64,000 nucleotides of DNA, taken from NCBI GenBank assembly GCA_963704655.1, contig OY969927.1, positions 512,001 to 576,000 on the forward strand, written 5' to 3'. This document shows, one piece after another, positions 29,284 to 39,302 of this stretch. Numbering within the stretch: the first letter of the stretch is position 1; each line of letters begins with the position of its first letter. A program made the position numbers and the translations under genes. Source of the DNA: an uncultured Candidatus Babeliaceae bacterium (lineage in GTDB: Bacteria; Babelota; Babeliae; Babelales; Babelaceae). Under the pieces are notes generated by a model. It saw only the letters and a list, made by a program, of their open reading frames with translations. It was not told the DNA's origin and ran no database searches.

Positions 29284-29709
29284 TTAGAGCTGTTTTTCAA
29301 ACGCTGCAAGTTCAGCTTTATGTTTAGCTGCAATTTTTTGAGCTTCTTCAGCATGAGACTTACAAAGCTTTTCCCATTCAGCCATCTGTTTTTTATGTAA
29401 AGCGATCGCTTGTTTTAACTCTTCTTGGAAGAATTTTTCACGAGCTGCATGTGAAGCATCTTCCATATCAGATAAGGCTTTTATTTGACTGTTTTTAAAG
29501 GTTGCCCACTCTGCATGATGTTTTTTCAATAAAGCTACTTTATCCGCCTGACCTTTTTGCATATAATCAAACCACTGCTCTTTATGACCACCACGACCAA
29601 GTTCCATAGTATTAAAAGCTATTAACTGTTCTGCAGCGGTTTTTGGTGCCTTTGCAACAAGATTACCAACCAATACAAGCGCACAGAGCGCTAAAATCTG
29701 TTTTTTCAT
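29284..29709 (-). CDS. Hypothetical secreted alpha-helical protein
   Basis: GGAG RBS; MKKQILALCALVLVGNLVA signal; helical Lys/Glu/Ala repeats. Confidence 0.7.
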   Translation of the reverse strand: MKKQILALCALVLVGNLVAKAPKTAAEQLIAFNTMELGRGGHKEQWFDYMQKGQADKVALLKKHHAEWATFKNSQIKALSDMEDASHAAREKFFQEELKQAIALHKKQMAEWEKLCKSHAEEAQKIAAKHKAELAAFEKQL

Positions 29710-29900
29710 AATAAACTCTCCCATTTTAGTGCATAAAAGCACAGTTTAAAAATACATAATTATAGAGATATAACTATTTACTTTAAGTATGACAGATTTA
29801 ATGTCAAAAAATCAAGAGTTTTATGAATTAATTCATAAAGCCATCTAGTGCTGATTTGGACAATTTGACAGAATAGGAAAAATCGACAAATCTAATCCCC

Positions 29901-30791
29901 ATGAAACAAACCAGTCTATTACTATTTCTTTTTATTATTACTACCACCCACTATCTGCATAGTAGATCTGTGGTCTACAACTTCCGTATCGCCCAAATAA
30001 CCAAACAACACCTATTTGAAACGGCCAATCAACGGAAATATACCGTAATCGGCTTACTTTTTGATGAGGTTTCACAAAAAAGATATGACGGGATTCATCG
30101 AAATTATTTCGGTGGCTTAGGGACATTTATTTATACTATTGAAGATTATTTTTTTAGAGCAGATTTTGCTGTGTCACTTGTCCAACAGAAAAGCTTTGAT
30201 TCACATTTTGCTGATACACAAACTGATGATTTTCTTTTTACCTTCGGAAAAAATTTTAAAATCAGTGAAAATGCAGATATAACCCTATCAGGATTATTCG
30301 GTGTGCCAACGCATCCGGTTTATACGCTTATAAAGCCGGAGTTCGGCTTTGGTCAATTTGGATTAGGACTTCAACTTGATAGTGTTTATAAAATTAATCC
30401 CATAAATTCATTAGTATTTGGTGGTCGATATATATATTTTATTCCACGATGCGCACAGAATTCTGAAAAAAACTGCTTCAAATTTACTCAAGGCAATCTC
30501 ATAGATTTTCTTGTTGCAAGTAAAAATGTCTGGGGAAAACATGGTCTTGAAGTTGGCTTTACGCCCAGGTTTGCCTTTGGAGCAAAAATCTGCCCATATC
30601 TTGATGATATCATTGAAAAAAGCAATTACATAAGAACCACCTGGTACGCAGTGTACCAATACAAATTCATGATCAATAATGTAAAAAATAGATTATTGTT
30701 TAATATAGCTAGTGGATTTGATGCTACAGGTAAAAAATACGGTAATAAATATATCGTTTTTATCTGGGGCGCCTGGGATATTAAATTTTAA
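29901..30791 (+). CDS. Probable outer-membrane beta-barrel protein
   Basis: Signal peptide, alternating aromatic/Gly strands, C-terminal WDIKF. Confidence 0.6.
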   Translation: MKQTSLLLFLFIITTTHYLHSRSVVYNFRIAQITKQHLFETANQRKYTVIGLLFDEVSQKRYDGIHRNYFGGLGTFIYTIEDYFFRADFAVSLVQQKSFDSHFADTQTDDFLFTFGKNFKISENADITLSGLFGVPTHPVYTLIKPEFGFGQFGLGLQLDSVYKINPINSLVFGGRYIYFIPRCAQNSEKNCFKFTQGNLIDFLVASKNVWGKHGLEVGFTPRFAFGAKICPYLDDIIEKSNYIRTTWYAVYQYKFMINNVKNRLLFNIASGFDATGKKYGNKYIVFIWGAWDIKF

Positions 30792-30827
30792 AATAGTGCG
30801 TTTACGCACCAACAAGTACAAGATAAT

Positions 30828-31826
30828 ATGAAAAAAGCTTTAGAAAAAAAAGTTTCACAGCCAGATTTTATTGAACCGATGCTTGCAACACTTACCGATA
30901 AATACTTTTCAAGCAATGACTGGCTCTATGAACAAAAGTTTGATGGTGAACGCTGTTTAGCATTCAAAAAAAATGGCTCAGTTCGGCTGCTTTCACGCAA
31001 TAATAAACTCGTGAACACCAACTACCCCGAACTTGTTGATGCGCTCATGCAACAAAAAGCTGATAATTTTATTATAGATGGCGAAATTGTTTCACTTAAT
31101 CCTCAAGGCATATCAGATTTTGAACTTCTTCAAGGCCGCATGAATCTCCAAAAGACCCAAGAAATTCAACTCAAAGAAAAGGCTGTCAAAATACACTATT
31201 GCATTTTTGATCTTATATATACCGACGGACGTGATATCAGACAAATGCCCTTGCTTGAACGCAAAAAACTCTTAAAAAAGTTACTCAATTACAACAAAAC
31301 ACTCGAATATTCTGAACATATTATCGGCGATGGGCTCACATTTTTTAAAAAAGCATGCGGACAAAAGTGGGAAGGTGTTATTGCAAAGCGGATAGACTCT
31401 GAATACGTTGGCGTCCGTTCACGTGATTGGCTCAAATTCAAATGCATCATGCAGCAAGAACTTATTATTTGTGGTTACACCGCACCACAAGGTTCACGCT
31501 CATATTTTGGTGCATTACTTGTTGGTTATTATGACAAAGACAAACTTATCTACGCGGGCAAAGTGGGCACGGGTTACACGCAAGACACCCTTGAAACATT
31601 GGGCAAAAAATTACAAAAGCTCATAATCAAAAAATGTCCCTATACTCTTTACGACGGCCCTACAAAAGATATAACCTGGGTTAAGCCAGAACTTGTTGCT
31701 GAGTTCCAGTTTGCCAACTGGACAAATGCCGGCAAGCTCCGCGTGGGCAGATACAAAGGCTTACGCGATGATAAAGCCGCAAAAGACGTTGTGCAGGAAA
31801 CCGTTAAACCCATCGGCCCGAGATAG
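30828..31826 (+). CDS. ligD: ATP-dependent DNA ligase (LigD/LigC ligase domain)
   Basis: PMLAT, EQKFDGER (KxDG), IIDGEIV, EGVIAK, WLKFK and GLRDDK. Confidence 0.9.
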   Translation: MKKALEKKVSQPDFIEPMLATLTDKYFSSNDWLYEQKFDGERCLAFKKNGSVRLLSRNNKLVNTNYPELVDALMQQKADNFIIDGEIVSLNPQGISDFELLQGRMNLQKTQEIQLKEKAVKIHYCIFDLIYTDGRDIRQMPLLERKKLLKKLLNYNKTLEYSEHIIGDGLTFFKKACGQKWEGVIAKRIDSEYVGVRSRDWLKFKCIMQQELIICGYTAPQGSRSYFGALLVGYYDKDKLIYAGKVGTGYTQDTLETLGKKLQKLIIKKCPYTLYDGPTKDITWVKPELVAEFQFANWTNAGKLRVGRYKGLRDDKAAKDVVQETVKPIGPR

Positions 31827-31914
31827 CCCGTCTTCGCGTAACCGCTACTTCGGGCACTCGTGATGAGCGGGTTCAGGCCGCTCGTGGTGAGCGCAGTCGA
31901 ATCCATGCGGCCGA
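31827..31914. repeat. Composite palindromic elements (B-like plus A) between the two ligD genes
   Basis: ccgctcgtggtgagcgcagtcgaatccatgcggccga (31878-31914) is the reverse complement of 35408-35444 at 35 of 37 positions. Confidence 0.8.
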
Positions 31915-31929
31915 TAAAAGAGAATTATT

Positions 31930-32859
31930 ATGAGTATAAAGAAATTAAACGGCCATGAAGTAACTATCGGCCATGAAGATAAACTCTATTTCCCCAAGTC
32001 AAAAATCACTAAAGGTGAATTGCTTGATTATTATGAACATATAGCGCCCTATTTACTGCCGTATATTCATGACCGAGCAATTACCATGCATCGATTTCCT
32101 GAAGGGATAACGGGCGAGGCATTTTACCAAAAAAATGCAGGTGAATATTTTCCTGATTGGATAGAGACAAAAAAAGTTTCCAACATAAGTGCAGAAAGTA
32201 AACGTGATGTTACGTCGTATGTTGTGTGCCAAAATGCTGCAACATTAGTGTATATTGCCAATCAAGGCTGCATCACACCACATATGTGGCTCAGCAAAAT
32301 CGACAAACTTGATTACCCGGATGTTCTTATCTTTGATCTTGACCCTGCTGGTGAAAAAGTAACAAACTTTAAGATTATTGCCGATACTGCCTTTGCATTA
32401 AAAGATATTTTAGAAAAATGTAATTTAACTGCTTTTGTTATGACCACCGGTTCTCGCGGCCTGCACGTGCGTGTGCCATTAAAACCAGATCATACGTTTA
32501 ATGAAGTGCGTGCATTTGCAAAATCTGTAGCAGAAATTATCGTCGCCCAGGACCCAGAACATATAACGCTCGAATCACACAAAGAAAAAAGAGTTAACAA
32601 ACTTTTAATTGATATCATGCGCAATAGCTTTGGTGCAACTGCCGTTGTGCCGTACGCTGCCCGCGCGCATGAACACGCGCCTGTTGCAACGCCACTTGAA
32701 TGGGAAGAACTTGCAGATAGCAAACTTCGCTCAGATACATACACCATTAAAACTATTTTCAAGCGCCTTGATAAAATCGGCGATATATGGAAAACTATGC
32801 ATAAAAGACAAGAATCTTTAAAAAAAGCTATTTCTTGTTTGAATAAGCTCGCACAATAA
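31930..32859 (+). CDS. LigD primase-polymerase domain protein (NHEJ)
   Basis: RFPEGI, FYQKN, FDLDP, TTGSRGLHV and PVATPLEWEEL. Confidence 0.9.
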   Translation: MSIKKLNGHEVTIGHEDKLYFPKSKITKGELLDYYEHIAPYLLPYIHDRAITMHRFPEGITGEAFYQKNAGEYFPDWIETKKVSNISAESKRDVTSYVVCQNAATLVYIANQGCITPHMWLSKIDKLDYPDVLIFDLDPAGEKVTNFKIIADTAFALKDILEKCNLTAFVMTTGSRGLHVRVPLKPDHTFNEVRAFAKSVAEIIVAQDPEHITLESHKEKRVNKLLIDIMRNSFGATAVVPYAARAHEHAPVATPLEWEELADSKLRSDTYTIKTIFKRLDKIGDIWKTMHKRQESLKKAISCLNKLAQ

Positions 32860-32865
32860 AAATCT

Positions 32866-33441
32866 ATGAATAAAAAGTTTCAAATAATCTACCTAAACGG
32901 TCCGTCTAGTGCTGGAAAATCAACCCTTGCACATGCCTTACAAGAACAGCTTACTGAACCATATTTATTAATTGGTATCGATAATCTTATCGATATGATG
33001 CCAAAAAAATCTAACGATTGGTACCATGATATCAAAACTGAGGGTTTCAGCTTCCAACCAGCGATAAGTAATGACAACGAAAAAGTATATCGCATTAACG
33101 CGGGCCCTTATGGTCAACGCATTATTCAAGCGCTTAAAGATACGGTTCTAACGCTTGCTTCTAAAGGATTTAATATTATCGTTGACGATGTTGCCTTTGG
33201 TAAAGAACCAGCAGAGCTTTGGCGAAAAACACTCAGCCCGTTTAATGTCTTATGGGTAGGCATTACAGCACCGGTTGAAGTTCTTGAGCAACGCGAACTC
33301 GACCGCGGAGATAGAAAGCGTGGTTCAGCACGTTGGCAAGCAGAGCACGTGCATCAAGATGTTCAGTATGACATGATGTTTGATACCCATGCACAATCAA
33401 TTCAAGATATTGTTATGAAATTGATACAACGTATCAACTAG
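32866..33441 (+). CDS. Chloramphenicol phosphotransferase-like P-loop kinase
   Basis: IIYLNGPSSAGKST, IIVDDV, RELDRGDR and YDMMFDT. Confidence 0.8.
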   Translation: MNKKFQIIYLNGPSSAGKSTLAHALQEQLTEPYLLIGIDNLIDMMPKKSNDWYHDIKTEGFSFQPAISNDNEKVYRINAGPYGQRIIQALKDTVLTLASKGFNIIVDDVAFGKEPAELWRKTLSPFNVLWVGITAPVEVLEQRELDRGDRKRGSARWQAEHVHQDVQYDMMFDTHAQSIQDIVMKLIQRIN

Positions 33442-34772
33442 ACAATCTTATTAATCGCCGGGGGGTTCCAGGTGCCGTTTAGTAAAGATTCTTGTGGCCA
33501 GTATATCCGCATTGTCACATTAAACTCACCCTCTGGCGCAGGCAGCCAATTTGATTCTTTATCTTTGCCCGGTGAGGTATGCTGTATATAGATATCAAGA
33601 GAACCATCGGCATTAAATTTCAGTTTATCGCGGTCGCCAAGTGCGTAACGGTCAAGTTTATTTTTAATTAAAAAACTTTCTGAATTATACATAGTAATCG
33701 ACCAAAATGCATTGGCAGGTGGCAGCTTGCCTTTGTCAAAGTGAATAACATACTTATTTTTACCCATAAGTGGTTTGCCATTACCATCAAAATAGGCAGT
33801 TGGATATATCGCATCTTCTGGCAAGTTTGCCCCGATGCCGATATGCGCAATTTGCGCACGCAAAAGATAGCGAGTGCCATACGTACCAATATCACGCATA
33901 ACTGACCAGCCGTTTACCCGTTGCCCAAGAGTTGCTATATCAAAAATCTCTTTCTGCGCTGGCTTAATTGCGTCATTAAGAGCGGGGCTTTTAATATCAA
34001 TTTTTTTGCCAGGAATAATGCCAACTTTTTTCAAATCAGCAACTATTGCAGAATCTTGTTTTGATGGCGGATTATCTTGTAACTCTCGCGCAAAGACCGT
34101 GTAAAAAGTTTCTGCGTCCATGCTATTAACTTCATCGACAGGTGCTTTGTGTTTGCCCCCTACTTCGCCAAGGCTTCGTAGGGCTGGCGCAATTTTTTTG
34201 CCCCATTGGGTTAATGGCGTAAGTTTATATCCCGCTTGAATTTTTCGCACAAAATCGTAATCTGTTTTTCCATTTGTTTGTGTGCGGGCTAAGATTAACA
34301 CCATATTTGTTGGGCACTTAATTATCTTCATGCCCTCAGGCAATGTGCCGGTATAATGTGGGCCAACAATAACAAAATCTTGCGCGGATGTCCCGGTTGT
34401 CCGTTTGCCAATACTTGCACATACATTTGTCCAGGCATCCATAAACTCCATTAAATAATAGCGCCCTTTGGTATCTGGAACAGATAAAATAAGTGGGCCA
34501 TGGGCAAGATCGAGCCATGCAAATGAATAAAGTGTATCGACATTGGGGCGCACAATATCTTTAAAGGTATAATCAGGAAACTTGCTAATATGCGTAAATT
34601 GATTAATCCGCTTGCCATTATGTGTCATGCTATTTTTAGTAACAGCCATGGTCACTAATGGGTAAGCATAAATATACGCGCGTTTGCCGATATCAAAAGC
34701 TTTTTTATAGCTTACACACTGTATAAAACTACTTGAAAAAAAAATGATCGCTATAAAAAAATAATGTAACAT
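33438..34772 (-). CDS. DUF1254/DUF1214 domain protein
   Basis: AYIYAYPLV, RPNVDTLYS, FWSITMY, NWLPAP and MRIYWP. Confidence 0.88.
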   Translation of the reverse strand: MLHYFFIAIIFFSSSFIQCVSYKKAFDIGKRAYIYAYPLVTMAVTKNSMTHNGKRINQFTHISKFPDYTFKDIVRPNVDTLYSFAWLDLAHGPLILSVPDTKGRYYLMEFMDAWTNVCASIGKRTTGTSAQDFVIVGPHYTGTLPEGMKIIKCPTNMVLILARTQTNGKTDYDFVRKIQAGYKLTPLTQWGKKIAPALRSLGEVGGKHKAPVDEVNSMDAETFYTVFARELQDNPPSKQDSAIVADLKKVGIIPGKKIDIKSPALNDAIKPAQKEIFDIATLGQRVNGWSVMRDIGTYGTRYLLRAQIAHIGIGANLPEDAIYPTAYFDGNGKPLMGKNKYVIHFDKGKLPPANAFWSITMYNSESFLIKNKLDRYALGDRDKLKFNADGSLDIYIQHTSPGKDKESNWLPAPEGEFNVTMRIYWPQESLLNGTWNPPAINKIV

Positions 34773-34848
34773 AGTAAGCTCTTTCTCGTACTATTATAAT
34801 GTTGATATAATTACCAAAAAGCTTAAAACATGCGTGATAGGAAATTCT

Positions 34849-36030
34849 ATGAAAAAGTTACTCACGACGTTCTTTTTTTATCTGATCGTTCTTTCTGCAA
34901 CAGAAAGTTCAAACTCTATTCCCGTGATACACCTAAAAACTCCCGATCTTTCTGATGCGCAAATCTTAGGCTATAACGTTGGCGTTCGCCCGTACCGTAA
35001 ATCTGGCGTCAGAATTGAAAGCGAACATCTTGATAATAAACTTATTATTCATAATTACGGCTATGGCGGATCCGGGTTAACCTTATGTTGGGGTGGCGCG
35101 CAGCAAGCAATAGAAATTTTACAAGAAGAACAATCAAAAAATCCTGCACTTGCAGCATGCAAAACTGTCGCAATACTCGGCGCGGGGGTTATTGGTCTTG
35201 CAACAGCGTATGATCTGATGGCGCAAGGCTACGCGGTGCATATATATGCACAAGATTTTCCGCCACACACCACTTCAAATGTTGCAGCAGGCATCTGGAG
35301 CCCGCCTGCGCTATCACCACACTATTCACAAAAAACTAAAGATAGCCTTACAAATATGCTCAGAGTTTCAGAAGAGCGATTTTTGAAAAGCCTAAATTAT
35401 GAAAATTTCGGCCGCATGGATTCGACAGGGCTCACCACGAGCGGCGAGACAAATACTCCAGAATTTGTGGGCATAAAATGCATCGAAGATTATTCGTTTG
35501 AACGGCCAGATAGTGCAACCGCGCTATCGGGAGCATTTGGATTTAGTCATGATTATTCTAGTGAACTTGTTGAATTCAATTTTGATAATGGTGTAAAAAA
35601 AGTTGGCACGCGCCATGCGCAACTTCATCTAGATGGGCCACTCTTTATGGAAAGCCTTTTTAATAAAGTAAAAGCGCAAGCACCCCTAACGAAAATGCAT
35701 TTTAATTCACGTGAAGATATCATGCAATTAGACGAATCTATAATTATAAATTGCACAAGCTTAGGATCACGCGAGCTTTTTAATGATCAGGAATTTAACC
35801 CGGTAAGGGGACAGCTGATATATTTAAAACAACAGCCTGGCATAGATTATATTGTTCATGAAGATGTTGAAGGCTCACATAACTTTTGGGTGACCCTTTA
35901 TCCACTTTCTGACCGACTTTTAATTGGCGGAGTATTTGAACATGGCAAAGAAGATCTTACGCGTAACCAAGAAGTAATCAATGTGTTACTTCACAATGCC
36001 CGCAACTGCTTTCAGCCACTTAATTCTTAA
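34849..36030 (+). CDS. FAD-dependent D-amino acid oxidase family protein, circularly permuted, with signal peptide
   Basis: VGVRPYR and IHNYGYGGSG precede GAGVIG, TTSNVAAG and PVRGQ. Confidence 0.82.
   Translation: MKKLLTTFFFYLIVLSATESSNSIPVIHLKTPDLSDAQILGYNVGVRPYRKSGVRIESEHLDNKLIIHNYGYGGSGLTLCWGGAQQAIEILQEEQSKNPALAACKTVAILGAGVIGLATAYDLMAQGYAVHIYAQDFPPHTTSNVAAGIWSPPALSPHYSQKTKDSLTNMLRVSEERFLKSLNYENFGRMDSTGLTTSGETNTPEFVGIKCIEDYSFERPDSATALSGAFGFSHDYSSELVEFNFDNGVKKVGTRHAQLHLDGPLFMESLFNKVKAQAPLTKMHFNSREDIMQLDESIIINCTSLGSRELFNDQEFNPVRGQLIYLKQQPGIDYIVHEDVEGSHNFWVTLYPLSDRLLIGGVFEHGKEDLTRNQEVINVLLHNARNCFQPLNS
35408..35444 (+). repeat. Family A palindromic element in-frame inside the oxidase gene
   Basis: tcggccgcatggattcgacagggctcaccacgagcgg encodes GRMDSTGLTTSG. 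Confidence 0.8.
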
Positions 36031-37204
36031 GCTCAAATAATATCCCTCTGCCTATCTTTTTAATCGAGTTCCACCCTTGCGGCATCGTGCGATTTATCAT
36101 GATCACAATACCACTTTTTTTCCCAGGAATAACCCCGATATACGTATGAAACCCACGGGTAGTGCCCGTTTTTTCAAAAAGTTGACGGTGTGCAGTCGGC
36201 TTTTCTGAACGAGTAATTTTTTGTGCTGGAAAGCCCCATGAAATAGAGTTTTTGGAAACCAGATTATCCACATCTTTTACTTCCCACCCAAGACCATGAC
36301 GTATATGAGCAACTTGTATATGTTGCTTTTGAGTTAATTGCATCGCCTGCGAAATTGAAGCCGGCGTTCCGGGTAAACCGATAGCCGCTTTTAAAAATTT
36401 AAGCATATCAGCGCTTGATGCGCGCACAGCGGCAGCCCCGTGCAGCAACCCATCATCCCAATAACGTGCAGGTTCGCCTACTTTATTCAAGCAATCTGCA
36501 TAGTGGGGCATATAATATGCAGGGACATTAATAGAAATGGGTGACATATTTAAGGGAATTAAAATTCTTTGGATAAAAAGATCATTAATAGATTCATGTG
36601 TTTGTTCTTCTAACGCAACCCGTAATAATTCGATGCCAGGATTTGAATATTGAAACCATAACTCTTCTTTTTGCGCCGGTTTCCATGTGCGCATGTACGT
36701 ATAAAAACTATCTTTACTGGTAACCCATGCTGGCACGTCAAAGGGCATAGTTGAGGTATGGGTACAGAGTTTTTCTAAAGTTGTTTTGCGCAACCTTTTA
36801 TTACCAGCTAAAGCGGGAATATGCTTATTTATAGGATCTGATAGATACATGTGCCCGGCAAGAACCTCTTGTGCAACCAGCAGGCAGGTAAAAACTTTAC
36901 TTACTGAACCGATTTCAAATATGGTATTTTGCGTAATCGGCTTTTTCTTTTCAAGATCTGCGTAACCATATGATAATAAATAACTTTCATCATTATGATA
37001 CAAAGCAATTGCAACACCAGGGATATTGTTTTTCTTCATCCATGGCTTTACAATACTTTTGACATGGCCCTCTAAAGTGTATGGTTGATTTTCTTGAACA
37101 GTAACTTTTTTAGTTTTATTTTTAGGGGCTGACCTAGCGCCCTTTTTTATATTTTTTGCACTGAGTGTGAATATACAAAAAAGAACAAGATACAGTCTCT
37201 TCAT
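36020..37204 (-). CDS. Class C beta-lactamase-like serine hydrolase
   Basis: FEIGSVSK (SxxK), YSN, KTG; signal peptide. Confidence 0.85.
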   Translation of the reverse strand: MKRLYLVLFCIFTLSAKNIKKGARSAPKNKTKKVTVQENQPYTLEGHVKSIVKPWMKKNNIPGVAIALYHNDESYLLSYGYADLEKKKPITQNTIFEIGSVSKVFTCLLVAQEVLAGHMYLSDPINKHIPALAGNKRLRKTTLEKLCTHTSTMPFDVPAWVTSKDSFYTYMRTWKPAQKEELWFQYSNPGIELLRVALEEQTHESINDLFIQRILIPLNMSPISINVPAYYMPHYADCLNKVGEPARYWDDGLLHGAAAVRASSADMLKFLKAAIGLPGTPASISQAMQLTQKQHIQVAHIRHGLGWEVKDVDNLVSKNSISWGFPAQKITRSEKPTAHRQLFEKTGTTRGFHTYIGVIPGKKSGIVIMINRTMPQGWNSIKKIGRGILFELKN

Positions 37205-37375
37205 AAATCCCCCTTTTACCCCAAGTCAAATATACTATTTTAAATTCCCATCCTATTATTTAATATAATAATAATTGCCTAAAATTGACATATCTTTAAC
37301 TATTGGCAAACATGACAAACCCACCGCGAAATATGTGAAATGGATAGCCCGCACTAATTAAGCATTCTCATGCTA

Positions 37376-38326
37376 CTATTGCCCAACAACTGATTCTGGT
37401 ATACGAAAAATTTCTTCAATATACTTCACCCTCTCATCAATTTTTTTCTGAATTTGAGGACTAATCCCTTGAGCGCATTCATTTCTAAGCGCTATCATTC
37501 CTTCAAGTTGTATGTGAAGCGAATAGCGATTTTCAATGCTTAACTGATGAAAACGAGCGATAATGTAAAAAAGCTTGCCGTTAGATTGAGGCCCCTTTTG
37601 AACAACCCTTCTAAAATTATCATAAGCTTCTCTTGCAAGTTGCTCTTGATAATCAGTGGTGAAAGGCTTGTTATTGTACTCATGAACGCCAAATACATTG
37701 ACCTTATGCAAAGCAGTTAATATAAGAGCTTTGCGTGAAATGTTATTATCACCCTTAGGATACAATGCATCTAACACACCAGACATCATTACAAACTTAT
37801 TATATGAAGGGATACGTGGAAAATCTATAGAATTCTCAAAAAAAGTATCTGGAACATTTTTCACTGCAAATTCCATCAGGGCCATGGGGCCCGAATAACT
37901 ATTGCGTTCAACAATATCATACCTATACGAACCATCATTATTTTTAATGGGTAGTATCTTACAGAGATCTATTCCGGTTATTTCAGCCCGTGTTAACGGA
38001 TTTTTCACTATTGTATCTGGTGAATTTAAAATATGCAGAACAATTTCGTCTTGTGTTGCCCAATATGATTCCTCATCAGGCAGCACCTCAATGCCCTGCA
38101 TTTTTTGTTGAATGCGTGTTTTCTTTGAAGTATTTTTTTTACTTTTAACTAATACAATAGCCAGGTTATCATGCTGATTTTGCTGCTCTTGTAAAAATGA
38201 AGCAAGAGTTTCAAAGGAATAGGGCGACTCCTTTTCATGGTACTTTTGCACAACATCGTCACATGCGTTTCCTGTCATGACAACCAATGCTCCCATTAAA
38301 AGTGGAGCTATACGAATACTATTCAT
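37376..38326 (-). CDS. Hypothetical secreted protein, paralog of 38329..39183
   Basis: ESPYSFETL, AIVLV, YW and ISRKALILTAL shared with the neighbour. Confidence 0.7.
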   Translation of the reverse strand: MNSIRIAPLLMGALVVMTGNACDDVVQKYHEKESPYSFETLASFLQEQQNQHDNLAIVLVKSKKNTSKKTRIQQKMQGIEVLPDEESYWATQDEIVLHILNSPDTIVKNPLTRAEITGIDLCKILPIKNNDGSYRYDIVERNSYSGPMALMEFAVKNVPDTFFENSIDFPRIPSYNKFVMMSGVLDALYPKGDNNISRKALILTALHKVNVFGVHEYNNKPFTTDYQEQLAREAYDNFRRVVQKGPQSNGKLFYIIARFHQLSIENRYSLHIQLEGMIALRNECAQGISPQIQKKIDERVKYIEEIFRIPESVVGQ

Positions 38327-38328
38327 GT

Positions 38329-39183
38329 TTATTTTCCTAAAAGTTTATCAATGTCATCATTAACTGCTTGAGAAACAAGATGCCCAAACTTACTTTGTAA
38401 CTGAGACAACTCGACTTTAAAAATTTCTGAAGATATCTGGTTACTTGAGCATAGATGCGTTACCGTTGTCAAGAAATAAAATACCTCATGCATCTTATCC
38501 TCATCCAACTCGGCTTTCCCTTTTCCAAGCAGTGAATTACAATGGTTATGTGCCTCATTACGTATTGCCTCCTGAAAATGCTCTGTAAAAATAGATAGCT
38601 TTTTATTAACGCTTTCCGCCTGCGCTTTAATCAAAGCATTTAAAAGCAATGCACGACGTGCAATATCTACATCTTCATGTGCCGCCAGCCTATCTAAATA
38701 AAAAGTGATAAAAAAATACTTTTCTGGTGTTGGAACTATTCCAGCAAAATTTACAAAATAGTCTTCAAAAACTTTCTGCCTTGCATGCTTAATGGCATAA
38801 GGCAATATATTTATAGCGTTAATATCATCATGTTTATCAACCATGAAAAAGCCTTGGTCACCACCTTGTAAGCTAATCGTATAGGGAGTGATCACCAAAA
38901 CATCATCTTGAGTATATGCATGTTTAATAATCGTATGTTTAAGCCTTAAAACGTCTGTAGCCAGCTCTTGCGCCTCACACCAATAAGGTTGAGACTTTTC
39001 TTGATGAGATCTTATAATAGCAATCGCACAACGGTCGCCCTGATTCTGAGTATTCTCGATATGCTTTTCCAGCGTTTCTAGGCTATAGGGTGATTCCTGA
39101 TCTAAAAATTTTGATAAAAAAAATTCACCTGCAAATAATGAGTAGTTTATAACACTCAAAAAGACAAAAAAACATCTTTTCAT
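38329..39183 (-). CDS. Hypothetical secreted protein, paralog of 37376..38326
   Basis: ESPYSLETL, AIAII, YW and IARRALLLNAL. Confidence 0.7.
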   Translation of the reverse strand: MKRCFFVFLSVINYSLFAGEFFLSKFLDQESPYSLETLEKHIENTQNQGDRCAIAIIRSHQEKSQPYWCEAQELATDVLRLKHTIIKHAYTQDDVLVITPYTISLQGGDQGFFMVDKHDDINAINILPYAIKHARQKVFEDYFVNFAGIVPTPEKYFFITFYLDRLAAHEDVDIARRALLLNALIKAQAESVNKKLSIFTEHFQEAIRNEAHNHCNSLLGKGKAELDEDKMHEVFYFLTTVTHLCSSNQISSEIFKVELSQLQSKFGHLVSQAVNDDIDKLLGK

Positions 39184-39302
39184 ATAATGAATTACCTTAA
39201 TTTTTTATATTTAATACGTTATCACTTTAACTATATAAGTTTAAACAAGAACTTACGCATTGCAAATAGCTCTATATGGATACATGGAGTATGAATTTTT
39301 TA

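Noticed and set aside
32866-37204. Antibiotic resistance island (CPT-like kinase, beta-lactamase)
   Set aside because: Family-level similarity only, mixed orientations, no mobile-element boundaries, and substrates unknown.
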